Assembly: GCA_040954595.2 (NCBI GenBank)
Contig: CM082582.2
Location: forward strand, 11,151,483 to 11,215,482
Direction: 5' to 3'
Source of the DNA: Balanoglossus misakiensis
Taxonomy: Eukaryota; Animalia; Hemichordata
DNA: 64,000 bases
Shown here one piece after another: positions 13,001-25,000 of the stretch. The notes below the pieces were generated by a model. It was not told the DNA's origin, did not search any database, and saw nothing but the letters and a program-made list of their open reading frames with translations. Made by a program: the position numbers and the translations under genes. Position 1 is the first letter of the stretch. The number at the start of each line of letters is the position of its first letter.

Positions 13001-16000
13001 CCATAGTTCACTCTGACACATATATTCAAAACCTTTACAAACATATACACTACGGTTCATATCTTGTTCAGGGTGTGAATGGCTGTAGCCAAATGAGGTT
13101 TTGAATCCCTGTGGTAAATTGCACCAGTCAAATGCTGAGATCAGTGAGAGTCTGTGATAATCCCACTTAGTTTGCATTTTGATCAAGTTGATAGCTCCCG
13201 TAAAGTGTGGTGAAAATTGACCAAACATGGTCATCAGAAAAGAAATTGATCTTTGATAAGGGCAGCGTAATGCAGTGCCATGCAGTCCCATGCCACAAAT
13301 CAGCTCAAAACTTGTCAATATTTGATGATTGTTTTTCACGCTAGGATGAAGCCAGTCTGAAATCAGGAATTTACGAAATTCCCGCGGGACCCGTCCTATA
13401 TCACCTGCACGTGTACGCTCAAACGAGCAGAGATTTTTTTCCCCTTGGATTTTATAAAGTCATTTCATTGTCATGCAATTTTAATGTGTGTTTTTGTCGT
13501 TCTGATTTGTATTAACATGCCTACCTCCTGGGCAGTGTTTCCACTATGGCTTATCTGCTTGATAATCGTGCTCGCGTAATGTCGTTTGTTGCTCAACTTA
13601 TTAATTATATTGATCAGTAATTACATTTTGATAAAAAATAAAATCTATACACAAGAGCAGGGCTGTAATCTCTGTTGCATTTGGGGTCCCTGGACCAGCA
13701 TGCCAGTCAAGTGTACGAGCCATGTAACATCGACTGAATTGAATCCCCCCAAAAGATTGTTTTCACGTTGAACCTTCAGGGAACAAACTTGCCACCTGAG
13801 CTACGCCTCCTCAAAACCTCAGAGGAAAACATGACCCCTGTGATTATTTACATGCCCAAGGACATATAAAACCATCTGTAATCATGGAATCATTTTTTTT
13901 ATCAGTTGAACGGTTTTATAATTCCACGGGGCTATTTTTTCACAGGGATTAGATTTATCACGAAACTGTTAAATGGCAAATTTTACCTTGGCAAATGCTC
14001 AGATAAATATCTATGATAAAATTACAGACTGAGCCAAAACCCTAGGGCTTTGTGCCTTCCATTAGGTGTTCATTTGGCTCACACAAGAAAAAAGACAGAT
14101 CGAAATTCTGTGGAAAACAAGACAGATAAATGAAGTCTTAATGTGGGTTGAGTATCATGAGTTTCAATGATAAAAATATTTAAGGCTTTGTGTTCGTCTC
14201 AAGCCATTCTTCGATGATGGGTACTTTAAACCTTTATCTACAAAAGACAAACAAATTTCACCAGTATGTTTTTGTTTACAGGGCAGCCTTCCTTCCTTAT
14301 TTAGAAGAGTGTTTCAGTGAAGTTCACAAAGTAATAGATCATCCTGCCAGCGATATCCGCAAAGCAGCCATAACCTGTATTGGTCAGTTCTGTTGCTCAC
14401 TGCACAGTGTATTTACAGAGAGAAATGTTCCCGATGAGACGGGTGGTAAGTAGAAAACAAGCAGTCATTTTTTTTCAGATGACAGAAACTGCATTTGGTT
14501 GGATTTTCTCCAAAATTACAAATTGAATTTTGAATGTCTTCCATGACTATAGTTCTACTAAGACTGCCTCAGGTCTGCAGACCGTATGCTAGATGTCAAA
14601 TTGAATCTAGTTTGAAATAGTTTTCAGTGAAAAGAATGGGGATTCTCCATCTGTCATCTGCACAGCTCACAAGCAGACCTGCTTTCAGAAAACGCATTTC
14701 AGACAACTGCAGAATTTTATTACCACTCCAACAATGAGGGGACATGCAGGGAGAGATGTTTTCAACAAGACAGGTTTTAACGAACTGACATATGCTTTCG
14801 GTCGTATACAAACAACGGGCACAAAAGCCGAATCAAAGGAGGGAAAACGAAGCCACTCATCGCTGAAACAGTCTCACTTGTGTGCTTCTTTTCAGCTCTC
14901 AACAAACTGCTTGTGGACACCGTGCCGAGCATAATCGAGATCATCAACACCGACGCAGATAGGACGGTTGTCATGGCGACGCTGCAGACCGTCAACGAGA
15001 TGCTGAAGGTGATAGGCGGTGCAGTCATCGCCGATGAGAACCACTTAAATTCCATGACGACGAGCGTCAGGAACGTTCTGCAAAAGAAGGTAGGAGAAAA
15101 GTCAGTGTGAGAAAAAAAATTCACTCACAACCAAACTGAAGACAGCTGGTTGGACCAACTAGCTGGTTGCAAGATCTGCTGCCCTGGGGATTAGAGAAAT
15201 TCGACACCTAGGATGTATTATTACTAATATACAAAGCCCCTCGACTCCCTTTGTCTGTCACCTCTACCACGTCAGCATGAGTAGCTATCTCTCACTTCTC
15301 ATCCGAACAGGAATAGATTTCTGTCACGCATCCTGGCCCCGCATCCTGTTCTTCATTGTCCGCCTTTGTGGCCAGGCTAATCAACCGAGGCAGATTGCGA
15401 CCGCTAATGGGTTCTGAGAGCAGTCGTATCATCCAGCGCTGTGCCACACCTTTTCATCCTCAGATCACAGCAAGGTCACTCGAGTGTCAGAGCACTTCTG
15501 CCATCACAGCTGCTGAAACGTGAAATACATGCAGCCACAGAAGAAAAAAATGTCCACTGATAGCCACCTTTCATGCCATCATAAAAAAATAAATGTTTGC
15601 GTTGGTCATTTCGGTAGCAGGTGTCTTTGTAGAATAGACCCTGGTTTTATGCGGGTTTCGTTTGTTGAAGAAAATTGACTGTGAGATTTCCTGTTTCAAG
15701 TAATTGTGTACTAGTACATTTTAAATAATGTACATACTTGTACAGATAAGTGGACTATTGCCTTGTCATTTCTTGCGTAGCTGTGAATTTATTCTGTACT
15801 TAACAGTTCTTAAGTTGTCATTCCGCATTCTTCATCAAGTTTAAGAGTGTGAAAAGTAAGGTCTGCATCATGTGTGTGTTTCCGAAACGAGAGCTGCATT
15901 CCTTGAAGTGTTCAAAGGCGTGACAAATGACGTGCCATTAGACCATGCGATAACATCGGGAGAGCTTGGTAGTCATGGCAACTGTTACATTACACGATAA

Positions 16001-19000
16001 TCATACCGGTGTGTTCGTTATTACCTTTGAAATGGTACACCTTTCAGGTGTGCAGTTGGGCATAAACTTGGCTTAGCTGTTCTGTGACTGCACTTCAGTA
16101 TTGTGCTGTTCTGTCTCCCCCTCTAATTTCATGCTATAAAATGACAAGGACTCCAGTAATGACGTACATGGAAGTCTTGGATGAAATGTCGAGCTGTTCT
16201 TTTCCTGTAGGAAATGTATATACAAAGCACTTAATCATAAAAAAAACAGAATCACAAATTCCATTGAGATGTAAGGAATGGGTAATTATGACTTGCCAAA
16301 TTGTCCAATAATTGCTTTGGGATTATTTTTTTATATTGATTTCTGGTCATCAAAACAGCGATTTATCTCTTATAATCTGTTTTGGAAGAATTGCAACCAC
16401 TAAAGATTACCTGTCTGTCTTTTAAGTTGGAAAATAGACTAAGACAAATCATCAAGTATAACTCCCCGTCTTGAAATAAGCTGAAGGAGAGATATGCATC
16501 ATTGGAATGCAGCTGTAACCTTTGACCCTTTTGCTATTATTCTGTATACACAGCTAAAGATTGACAGACCTGCACCAGGATTTGTCTGCACCGGGTCTGT
16601 CACATGCATGCAGCATGTCTGACATGCAAGCCATGCACCAGACCTGATCTGTCGGACCTGCCACAGGTCTGATCTGTCAGACCTGCACCAGGTCTGTCCT
16701 GTCAGACTTGCACCAGGTCTGTTCTGACAGACCTGCCACAGGTCTGATCTGTCAGACCTGCACCAGGTCTGTTCTGACAGACCTGCCACAGGTCTGATCT
16801 GTCAGACCTGCACCAGGTCTGTCCTGTCAGACCTGCACCAGGTCTGTCCTGTCAGACCTGCACCAGGTCAGTCCTGTCAGACCTGCACCAGGTCTGTCCT
16901 GACAGCAATGCACCAGACCTGATCTGTCAGACCTGCACTAGGTCTGTCCCGTCAGACCTGCACCAGACATGTCCCATCAGACCTGCCACAGGTCTGATCT
17001 GTCAGACCTGCACCAGGTCTGTTCTGACAGACCTGCCACAGGTCTGTCCTGTCAGACCTGCCACAGGTCTGATCTGTCAGACCTGCACCAGGTCTGTCCT
17101 GTCAGGCCTGCACCAGGTCTGTTCTGACAGACCTGCCACAGGTCTGATCTGTCAGACCTGCACCAGGTCTGTTCTGACAGACCTGCCACAGGTCTGATCT
17201 GTCAGACCTGCACCAGGTCTGTCCTGTCAGACCTGCCACAGGTCTGTCCTGTCAGACCTGCACCAGGTCTGTCCTGTCAGACCTGCACCAGGTCTGTTCT
17301 GACAGACCTGCACCAGGTCTGTCCTGTCAGACCTGCCACAGGTCTGATCTGTCAGACCTGCACCAGGTCTGTTCTGACAGACCTGCCACAGGTCTGATCT
17401 GTCAGACCTGCACCAGGTCTGTTCTGACAGACCTGCCACAGGTCTGATCTGTCAGACCTGCACCAGGTCTGTCCTGTCAGACCTGCCACAGGTCTGTCCT
17501 GTCAGACCTGCACCAGGTCTGTCCTGTCAGACCTGCCACAGGTCTGATCTGTCAGACCTGCACCAGGTCTGTCCTGTCAGACCTGCACCAGGTCTGTTCT
17601 GACAGACCTGCCACAGGTCTGATCTGTCAGACCTGCACCAGGTCTGTTCTGACAGACCTGCCACAGGTCTGTCCTGTCAGACCTGCACCAGGTCTGTCCT
17701 GTCAGACCTGCACCAGGTCTGTTCTGACAGACCTGCCACAGGTCTGATCTGTCAGACCTGCACCAGGTCTGTCCTGTCAGACCTGCCACAGGTCTGTCCT
17801 GTCAGACCTGCACCAGGTCTGTCCTGTCAGACCTGCACCAGGTCTGTCCTGTCAGACCTGCACCAGGTCTGTCCTGTCAGACCTGCACCAGGTCTGTCCT
17901 GTCAGACCTGCATCAGGTCTGTCCTGTCAGACCTGCATCAGGTCTGTCCTGTCAGACCTGCCACAGGTCTGATCTGTCAGACCTGCACCAGGTCTGTCCT
18001 GACAGACCTGCCACAGGTCTGTCCTGTCAGACCTGCCACAGGTCTGTCCTGTCAGACCTGCACCAGGTCTGTCCTGTCAGACCTGCACCAGGTCTGTTCT
18101 GACAGACCTGCCACAGGTCTGTCCTGTCAGACCTGCACCAGGTCTGTCCTGTCAGACCTGCACCAGGTCTGTTCTGACAGACCTGCCACAGGTCTGTCCT
18201 GTCAGACCTGCACCAGGTCTGATCTGTCAGACCTGCACCAGGTCTGTTCTGACAGACCTGCCACAGGTCTGTCCTGTCAGACCTGCACCAGGTCTGTCCT
18301 GTCAGACCTGCACCAGGTCTGTTCTGACAGACCTGCCACAGGTCTGATCTGTCAGACCTGCCACAGGTCTGTCCTGTCAGACCTGCCACAGGTCTGTCCT
18401 GTCAGACCTGCACCAGGTCTGTCCTGTCAGACCTGCACCAGGTCTGTCCTGTCAGACCTGCACCAGGTCTGTTCTGACAGACCTGCCACAGGTCTGATCT
18501 GTCAGACCTGCCACAGGTCTGTCCTGTCAGACCTGCCACAGGTCTGTCCTGTCAGACCTGCACCAGGTCTGTCCTGTCAGACCTGCACCAGGTCTGTCCT
18601 GTCAGACCTGCACCAGGTCTGTCCTGTCAGACCTGCACCAGGTCTGTTCTGACAGACCTGCCACAGGTCTGTCCTGTCAGACCTGCCACAGGTCTGTCCT
18701 GTCAGACCTGCCACAGGTCTGTCCTGTCAGACCTGCACCAGGTCTGTCCTGTCAGACCTGCACCAGGTCTGTTCTGACAGACCTGCCACAGGTCTGTCCT
18801 GTCAGACCTGCACCAGGTCTGTCCTGTCAGACCTGCACCAGGTCTGTTCTGACAGACCTGCCACAGGTCTGATCTGTCAGACCTGCACCAGGTCTGTCCT
18901 GTCAGACCTGCCACAGGTCTGTCCTGTCAGACCTGCACCAGGTCTGTCCTGTCAGACCTGCACCAGGTCTGTCCTGACAGCAATGCACCAGACCTGATCT

Positions 19001-22000
19001 GTCAGACCTGCACTAGGTCTGTCCCGTCAGACCTGCACCATGTCTGTTCTGACAGACCTGCCACAGGTCTGATCTGTCAGACCTGCAGCAGGTCTGTCCT
19101 GTCAGACCTGCCACAGGTCTGTCCCGTCAGACCTGCATCAGGTCTGTCCTGTCAGACCTGCACCAGGTCTGTCCTGTCAGACCTGCATCAGGTCTGTCCT
19201 GTCAGACCTGCATCAGGTCTGTCCTGTCAGACCTGCCACAGGTCTGATCTGTCAGACCTGCACCAGGTCTGTTCTGACAGACCTGCCACAGGTCTGTCCT
19301 GTCAGACCTGCCACAGGTCTGTCCTGTCAGACCTGCACCAGGTCTGTCCTGTCAGACCTGCACCAGGTCTGTTCTGACAGACCTGCCACAGGTCTGTCCT
19401 GTCAGACCTGCACCAGGTCTGTCCTGACAGCAATGCACCAGACCTGATCTGTCAGACCTGCACTAGGTCTGTCCCGTCAGACCTGCACCAGGTCTGTTCT
19501 GACAGACCTGCCACAGGTCTGATCTGTCAGACCTGCACCAGGTCTGTCCTGTCAGACCTGCAGCAGACATATCCCATCAGACCTGCAGCAGACATGTCCT
19601 GTCAGACCTGCAACATGTCTAATTGAACACACCTGTGTCAGTTTTCTTATTTTTATTTTTGGAAGGAGGTCGCGATCGATGATTCTTGTACCGTGGTGGT
19701 GGTACGGTACTTGGCAAGGGGAGAACCATTGTATTTTTGGGGATGGATAAAGGATTTTTTGTGGGGGGCAGTGTTGACAGATGGTGCAGAGGAAACATTC
19801 TTCCGCAATGTCTTGAGGTAATAAAGTAGATGGGCAATCGAAAAAAAAAATGGCTGTAGCAGTGGCTAAAAAAAAAATTAGCTGACATATACCCAATCGT
19901 AAATCATCCTCCCTCCCCCCCAAATCGAATGGTCCCCCCCCCCGACCTGCACGACCGAACGGTAAACACAATATATCCACACACACCGATGTATGAGAAT
20001 ACTGAACGGCGACATATTTTCATTCATATAGCGGACCAGAGAAGATTTTCTTTATTATTTTAACCAAAAATCGCAAAAAAGGGCCAGGAAATAATAATAA
20101 AAACAGACGCCGGTTGATAAGTTTTGTTTACATCCTTGCATGTCAAAGGCCATGTTACGTGTATATAACACTGCGTATCATTGGTTGTTTCTACCTACCC
20201 CTGTAAAGACTAACCAATCACACACAGGCTTACTGTCGATCGTCATTTCGGCACGACTGATCCAAGGGACTTATGTGAAATCAACTTGTTTTATCGAGTG
20301 GTCCGTCGTTTTTGAACTTGCAAGTAGAACGTGACAGCACAAAATCAACAAAAGACTCGTCGATGTACAGAAATTGTGAAACCTGTCGCGTATTCTGTTT
20401 CACCATGGAATATTAAAATAGTTGTGGATAATTGTGTGTGAGTTTCTCTTGTATACAAAGTATACGTGCTAAGTGCATTTGAATGTCTACCCTAATACAT
20501 ACAAAGTGAAATAATCTGCCACAGCAAACCTGGTACAAGGCTTAAATGCCAGATCTGCAGCAGGTCTGACTGGATAGGCCTGCTGCAGGTCTGTTCTGAC
20601 AGGTCTGCTGCAGGTCTGACAGGATAGGCCTGCTGCAGGTCTGTTCTGACAGGTCTGCTGCAGGTCTGATGGGACATGTCTGCTGCAGGTCTGACAGGAT
20701 AGACCTGCTGCAGGTCTGACAGGACAGACCTGCACCGGGTCTGACAGGACAGACCTGGTGCAGGTCTGACGGGACAGACCTGTGGCAGGTCTGTCAGGAC
20801 AGACCTGGTGCAGGTCTGATCCAGCAGACTGCTGCAGGTCTGGGGCCATATTGCTGCACATGACCTGTTGGTCAGACATGCACCGGACATGCACCACACC
20901 TGGTGCAGACCTGGTGAACTTTAGTTGTGTATCAACAGCAGTTTCTCGTTTTCTCCTCTAAGACATGTGCTTGAACAGTCAGTCTGGTTTCCATGACAAT
21001 GTTGGACCTTTAGAAAGGGAAATTGGAAACAAATGGGTAGTTAAGGCATAAACACACAGTGATAGAACAAAAACTGAGCACTAATTGATGGGATGTCACC
21101 ATCGCTGTTGCTGATGCGGTCCAGCAACACGTTTTTTGCAAGCAGCAATTTTAGACTGACTACATCCAGGGTTCTAACACCTATGAACATTTTTTAACAG
21201 GCTAAACCCATCAGTTGTGGCCAACATCTGACATATAGACATATGACACTGTTTTGATCAAAACACTTCCGTATAGCGACATAAGATTGGCAGGGCATCG
21301 CCGTGTCTCTGTCAGAGCTTTTCAGCTCTGCAAGGTGACGTGTCTTGTATAAAATGTGAATCGGTCAACAGAAGATTGCTGCAGAGATCTTTTCAACTGG
21401 TGTTTATAATCCTTGAAAGCCTTTATCCCTCGTCATTTGACTTGCCCTGAGCTGCTCTAAGCAGGCATCCCAGCCAAGTTGAATACTTATCTCATAAATG
21501 TTTTAGTCTGTCAGGTCGTCGTGTTTACTGAGATAAAATGATGAATTGCGCATTGTGGATGTGCTGCCAGCTTCGTGTGTGCAGTAAGTAATAAGAGGGT
21601 GAGATCGATCGATCTGTTAAAACCATCAGTTACTTGACTTGGATATAACCTGCTATTTTGGCAAAAAATGGTGATATGTAAACTTTTATTTAAAAAATCA
21701 GAACTTTATACAATTTCTTCTCAGCAGGCACTGTCAGGAGTTACTTGAGTAGGAGTTTTGTTGTAATTCCTGATAGCATCAGATGTGCAGATGTCTGTCT
21801 CCAGCTTCAACAGTTCTGAGTTCTGCACGAGAGAGAAAAAAACTAGCAGTGGGTCCCCTTGCAGCGATAAACCATGTAGTGTTATCATTAGAGATCTGAC
21901 CTTTGCACTGAGGTGGGAACTTCCGATTCTCTCAGATAGGTCCGTCAATTGAGTGGAACTGATGATCATTGCCACAGGCTTTAATCGAGACCATGTCCGT

Positions 22001-25000
22001 GAACTGAACATGTGCTGAGAACAGCTTGTTAGGGTGGCTTTGTTGTTGCGTCTTTGCTCCAACCAATGCCAGTGTCGCGGCTCGCACAAGAACATTGATT
22101 AATACTGATTTATGGGGCGAACATCGCCCTCGGCGCTTACGTTGGGTACAGACACGATTCTGTTTGTCATCCGAATGCATGCAGCCATCATGCTATTAAT
22201 GAAACAGCCAGTGCATAGAGAGGTTCAAATGATCAAGAGTGATTCTCTTAATGTTCAAATATACGCTTGCAAAATTTTTCAGGATTTTTAATTTTTTTCA
22301 GCTATTTATCCTAAGTTCAAACCAGAGCATAATTGAGTAAATGTCACCAGTGAAATCCTTTGAATTCAATATGTCAATGAGCCTCCCACAGGATTATTTA
22401 ATTTTGATAGTGGAGATTATTATCCATAATGGTACAGTATATGACCTTTTGTGCGGAGCAAACTGATTTGAAACGTCAGTTTGTGAGACTTTTAATTTGT
22501 AGATGGACATATACCGGTACATGTATGCCTACTCATAAAATGAGGTTTAAATAACAATTTGGTAAATTGTGTTCTGAAAATTTTGAACTGTATAGTTTCC
22601 ATGGAAACACCAGGAATATTGCCTAGCACTTCATGTTTAAATATTACCGGTAGAATCATAAATGATATGCAGCTTGGATTTTTCATACAATATGGAAGGC
22701 ATGCTTTTCAGAAAAAAGACACAAATGTAGAAACGGGGTAAATAGACCAGCCTATAGGTGTTCCTAGGCACTAGATTCATCACAGTAAAATATGTTATTC
22801 AGAATTTGCTGCCCCCAGCTAATTTAAGAAGGTCAGAAAGTCGGTATTCATTCGAGAAATGATCGAAAGAGCTCGTTCAGTCAGTGAACGGTAATATTCT
22901 TACATTTCAGTTTGCAAACGTGATACCTGGGTTATGTCTTTCCTTGTTCAAATAAATAAACCAATTTCACATTCCCGTTTCTGTTCATGAGAACTCGCCG
23001 TGTAATTACTTGCTGGAAAATAACTTTGCTGAATTTAAATTGAACATGACTGCATGAAACTATAGAGTTTGACAATCATGAATGCGAAAATGACAAATAT
23101 CTCAGGTTACAGATTTCAATCAGTTTTTGACCACCTTTGGCAACTACCGGCAACATTATTTATTTTTCTTGAAAATGAAGCACATTCTATCATCTGGTTA
23201 CCATCTGTCAAGCCAACAATAAGGGTGATAGTCCAATCTCAGAATAAATAACAATGTGTGAAGTAGAAATTCAGTATTTGTTTAATGTTTGGTGTGAGTA
23301 GAGTGCTAACATTGTAGAATGAATGGTGGGGACAGTTAAATATCATATTATTTTAATGTGGAATAGTCCATTTTGTATTAAAGGGGCAGTTAAGTATAAT
23401 GTTATTTTATGTGTTATATACTACGTGTTTGTACAAACATGCAGTTCAGGCCATCCCCTCCCGTTCAGTAAATGGTTTTTGCTCAAATGCAGACAGCATA
23501 CCAACATAAATAGCAAAACAGAAGCCGAAATAACATCAGAAGTTAATGACTTGTTCCCTATTTTATGCACTGACGTTTCTGAAGCGTAATTGAATAAAGC
23601 TGATTTCGCACAGAATTACTGGTGTAATTTGCGAAAACCAGTCCACCATCTGCACACACTGATTGAATTTTTACGGTAGCCAGTAAATCTCTCTGGAGGT
23701 AAACAGCGTAATTGATTGAGTTAAGTGCATTGCAGGCATTTAGTTTTTTATAGCGTAACTTCTCTCGTACTTGCCTGTGTTTGCTCCCGTCGAAGCTTTG
23801 ACAACTTCTTTGCCGCCATAGGCATTTCTGCTGCCAGCAAATTACATCAGCCCTGCTTAGTCAAACATCGCGGTACAAAGAGAATTCTGAGAAACGGTGG
23901 ATTTGTAAACCATGACTAGTGCTGTACTTTGCACTCATTTTCGAAAATAGGAAAACGGTTAATTCCAGCAGTATTTCATCCCGATTATTAGGACTGGAAG
24001 GCAAGATTGATAGCCGGGATTTATCGCTAATTGTTGAATTACCCGTATTGCATGACTGAGTCCCGTTTGATTAGTTTACAAATTTGGCTAAATGGACGAG
24101 AGTTTAAAGGCAGCTTCTCTGTGAGACATCATTGATGTGAGTGTTTTCCGCTTTGCCGGCATAACGGTATTCACGAAAATGTTGCCATGACAGCATACAA
24201 AGACCAGCTGATTTTGTCAGGTAAATTCTGAACCTTTCAAGTGAAAAAATAAGTGTGTTAATTGCTAAAAAAAATGCAGTGACATTTGAATTTTGGAGGG
24301 AAATGCCAAAGTGTAGTGTATGTGCAATTTTGCTTGCAGCAAAAAAAATGTGAGGGCTTCATTGAGGACATATGGAGACTGAGCCAAATTAAACTCTGTT
24401 TGTCTTCGGGAAGAATCAAATAATGCATTTTGCAGGCAGGAGATTAATTAGCCCAGCATCGCGTCCACTACATGGAGAGAGAGAAATGTAACAGAGCCAT
24501 GTAGAGATTTTGTGTTTGCGTCGTTAAAATCACAGGCAAGCTCCAACCGAAGGATATTATTTTAACAAGCAACAGCGTGCTACTTGCAAGTACTTGCCCT
24601 CAAATTCTGTCCTTGGAGGGATACCCAGGTGTTCGATTTCTGTTGTCTTGGTTTCCGCTGTCACTCTTAATTCCGTCAAACATCCTACTCATAGTGATGT
24701 AGATATAGTGCTGGTAGCCAGGTACAAGCACCTGCCTCCAGTCTTTTACCCCAGATGTTTCTCCAGCCATACCTTCAGGGATTTACCCACATGGAACAGA
24801 ATTGCTCCCCTTAATAATCACCCATTTTTTACTGTAGATTTGTACTTCACTCTGTAAACACCAACACCACCCCAGAAAATGCAATGAGCACGACCTTGAT
24901 CACCTCAGCTGTACTATAATTTTATACCTCTCGTGCTAGTGTTTAATGAACATTCCCTTAATCTTCCAGAGGGTTAATAGATAAGTCCCTTCGGCCCTCG

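Larger units (their letters stand above)
16549..20929. mobile_element. Non-autonomous foldback-type DNA transposon (CAC termini, 2-bp TA TSD; CACTA/EnSpm-like) with expanded subterminal repeats, in IPO4 intron 18
   Basis: Left end ta|cacagctaaagattgacagacctgcaccagg; right end reverse complement cacaactaaagttcaccaggtctgcaccagg (24/31 identical), followed by ta at 20930-20931. Inverted arrays of the same 25-bp unit lie at both ends; no transposase ORF. Confidence 0.75.

Noticed and set aside
16603-19621. CRISPR-like array (palindromic repeats with intervening variable bases)
   Set aside because: Intervening segments are only 6 nt, drawn from a few recurrent variants rather than unique spacers; no cas genes; eukaryotic intron context
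19622-20524. Transposase or captured gene in the element centre
   Set aside because: Only short low-complexity ORFs; no DDE or other recognisable motif
16499-20899. Minus-strand repetitive ORFs (QTWCRSDRTDLWQVCQNRPGAG...)
   Set aside because: By-products of a 25-bp unit that cycles through frames with frequent stops; non-ATG starts; no coding signal
24594-24857. Possible nested gene or retrotransposon remnant in IPO4 intron 18
   Set aside because: Frames are short and stop-interrupted with no sustained protein similarity
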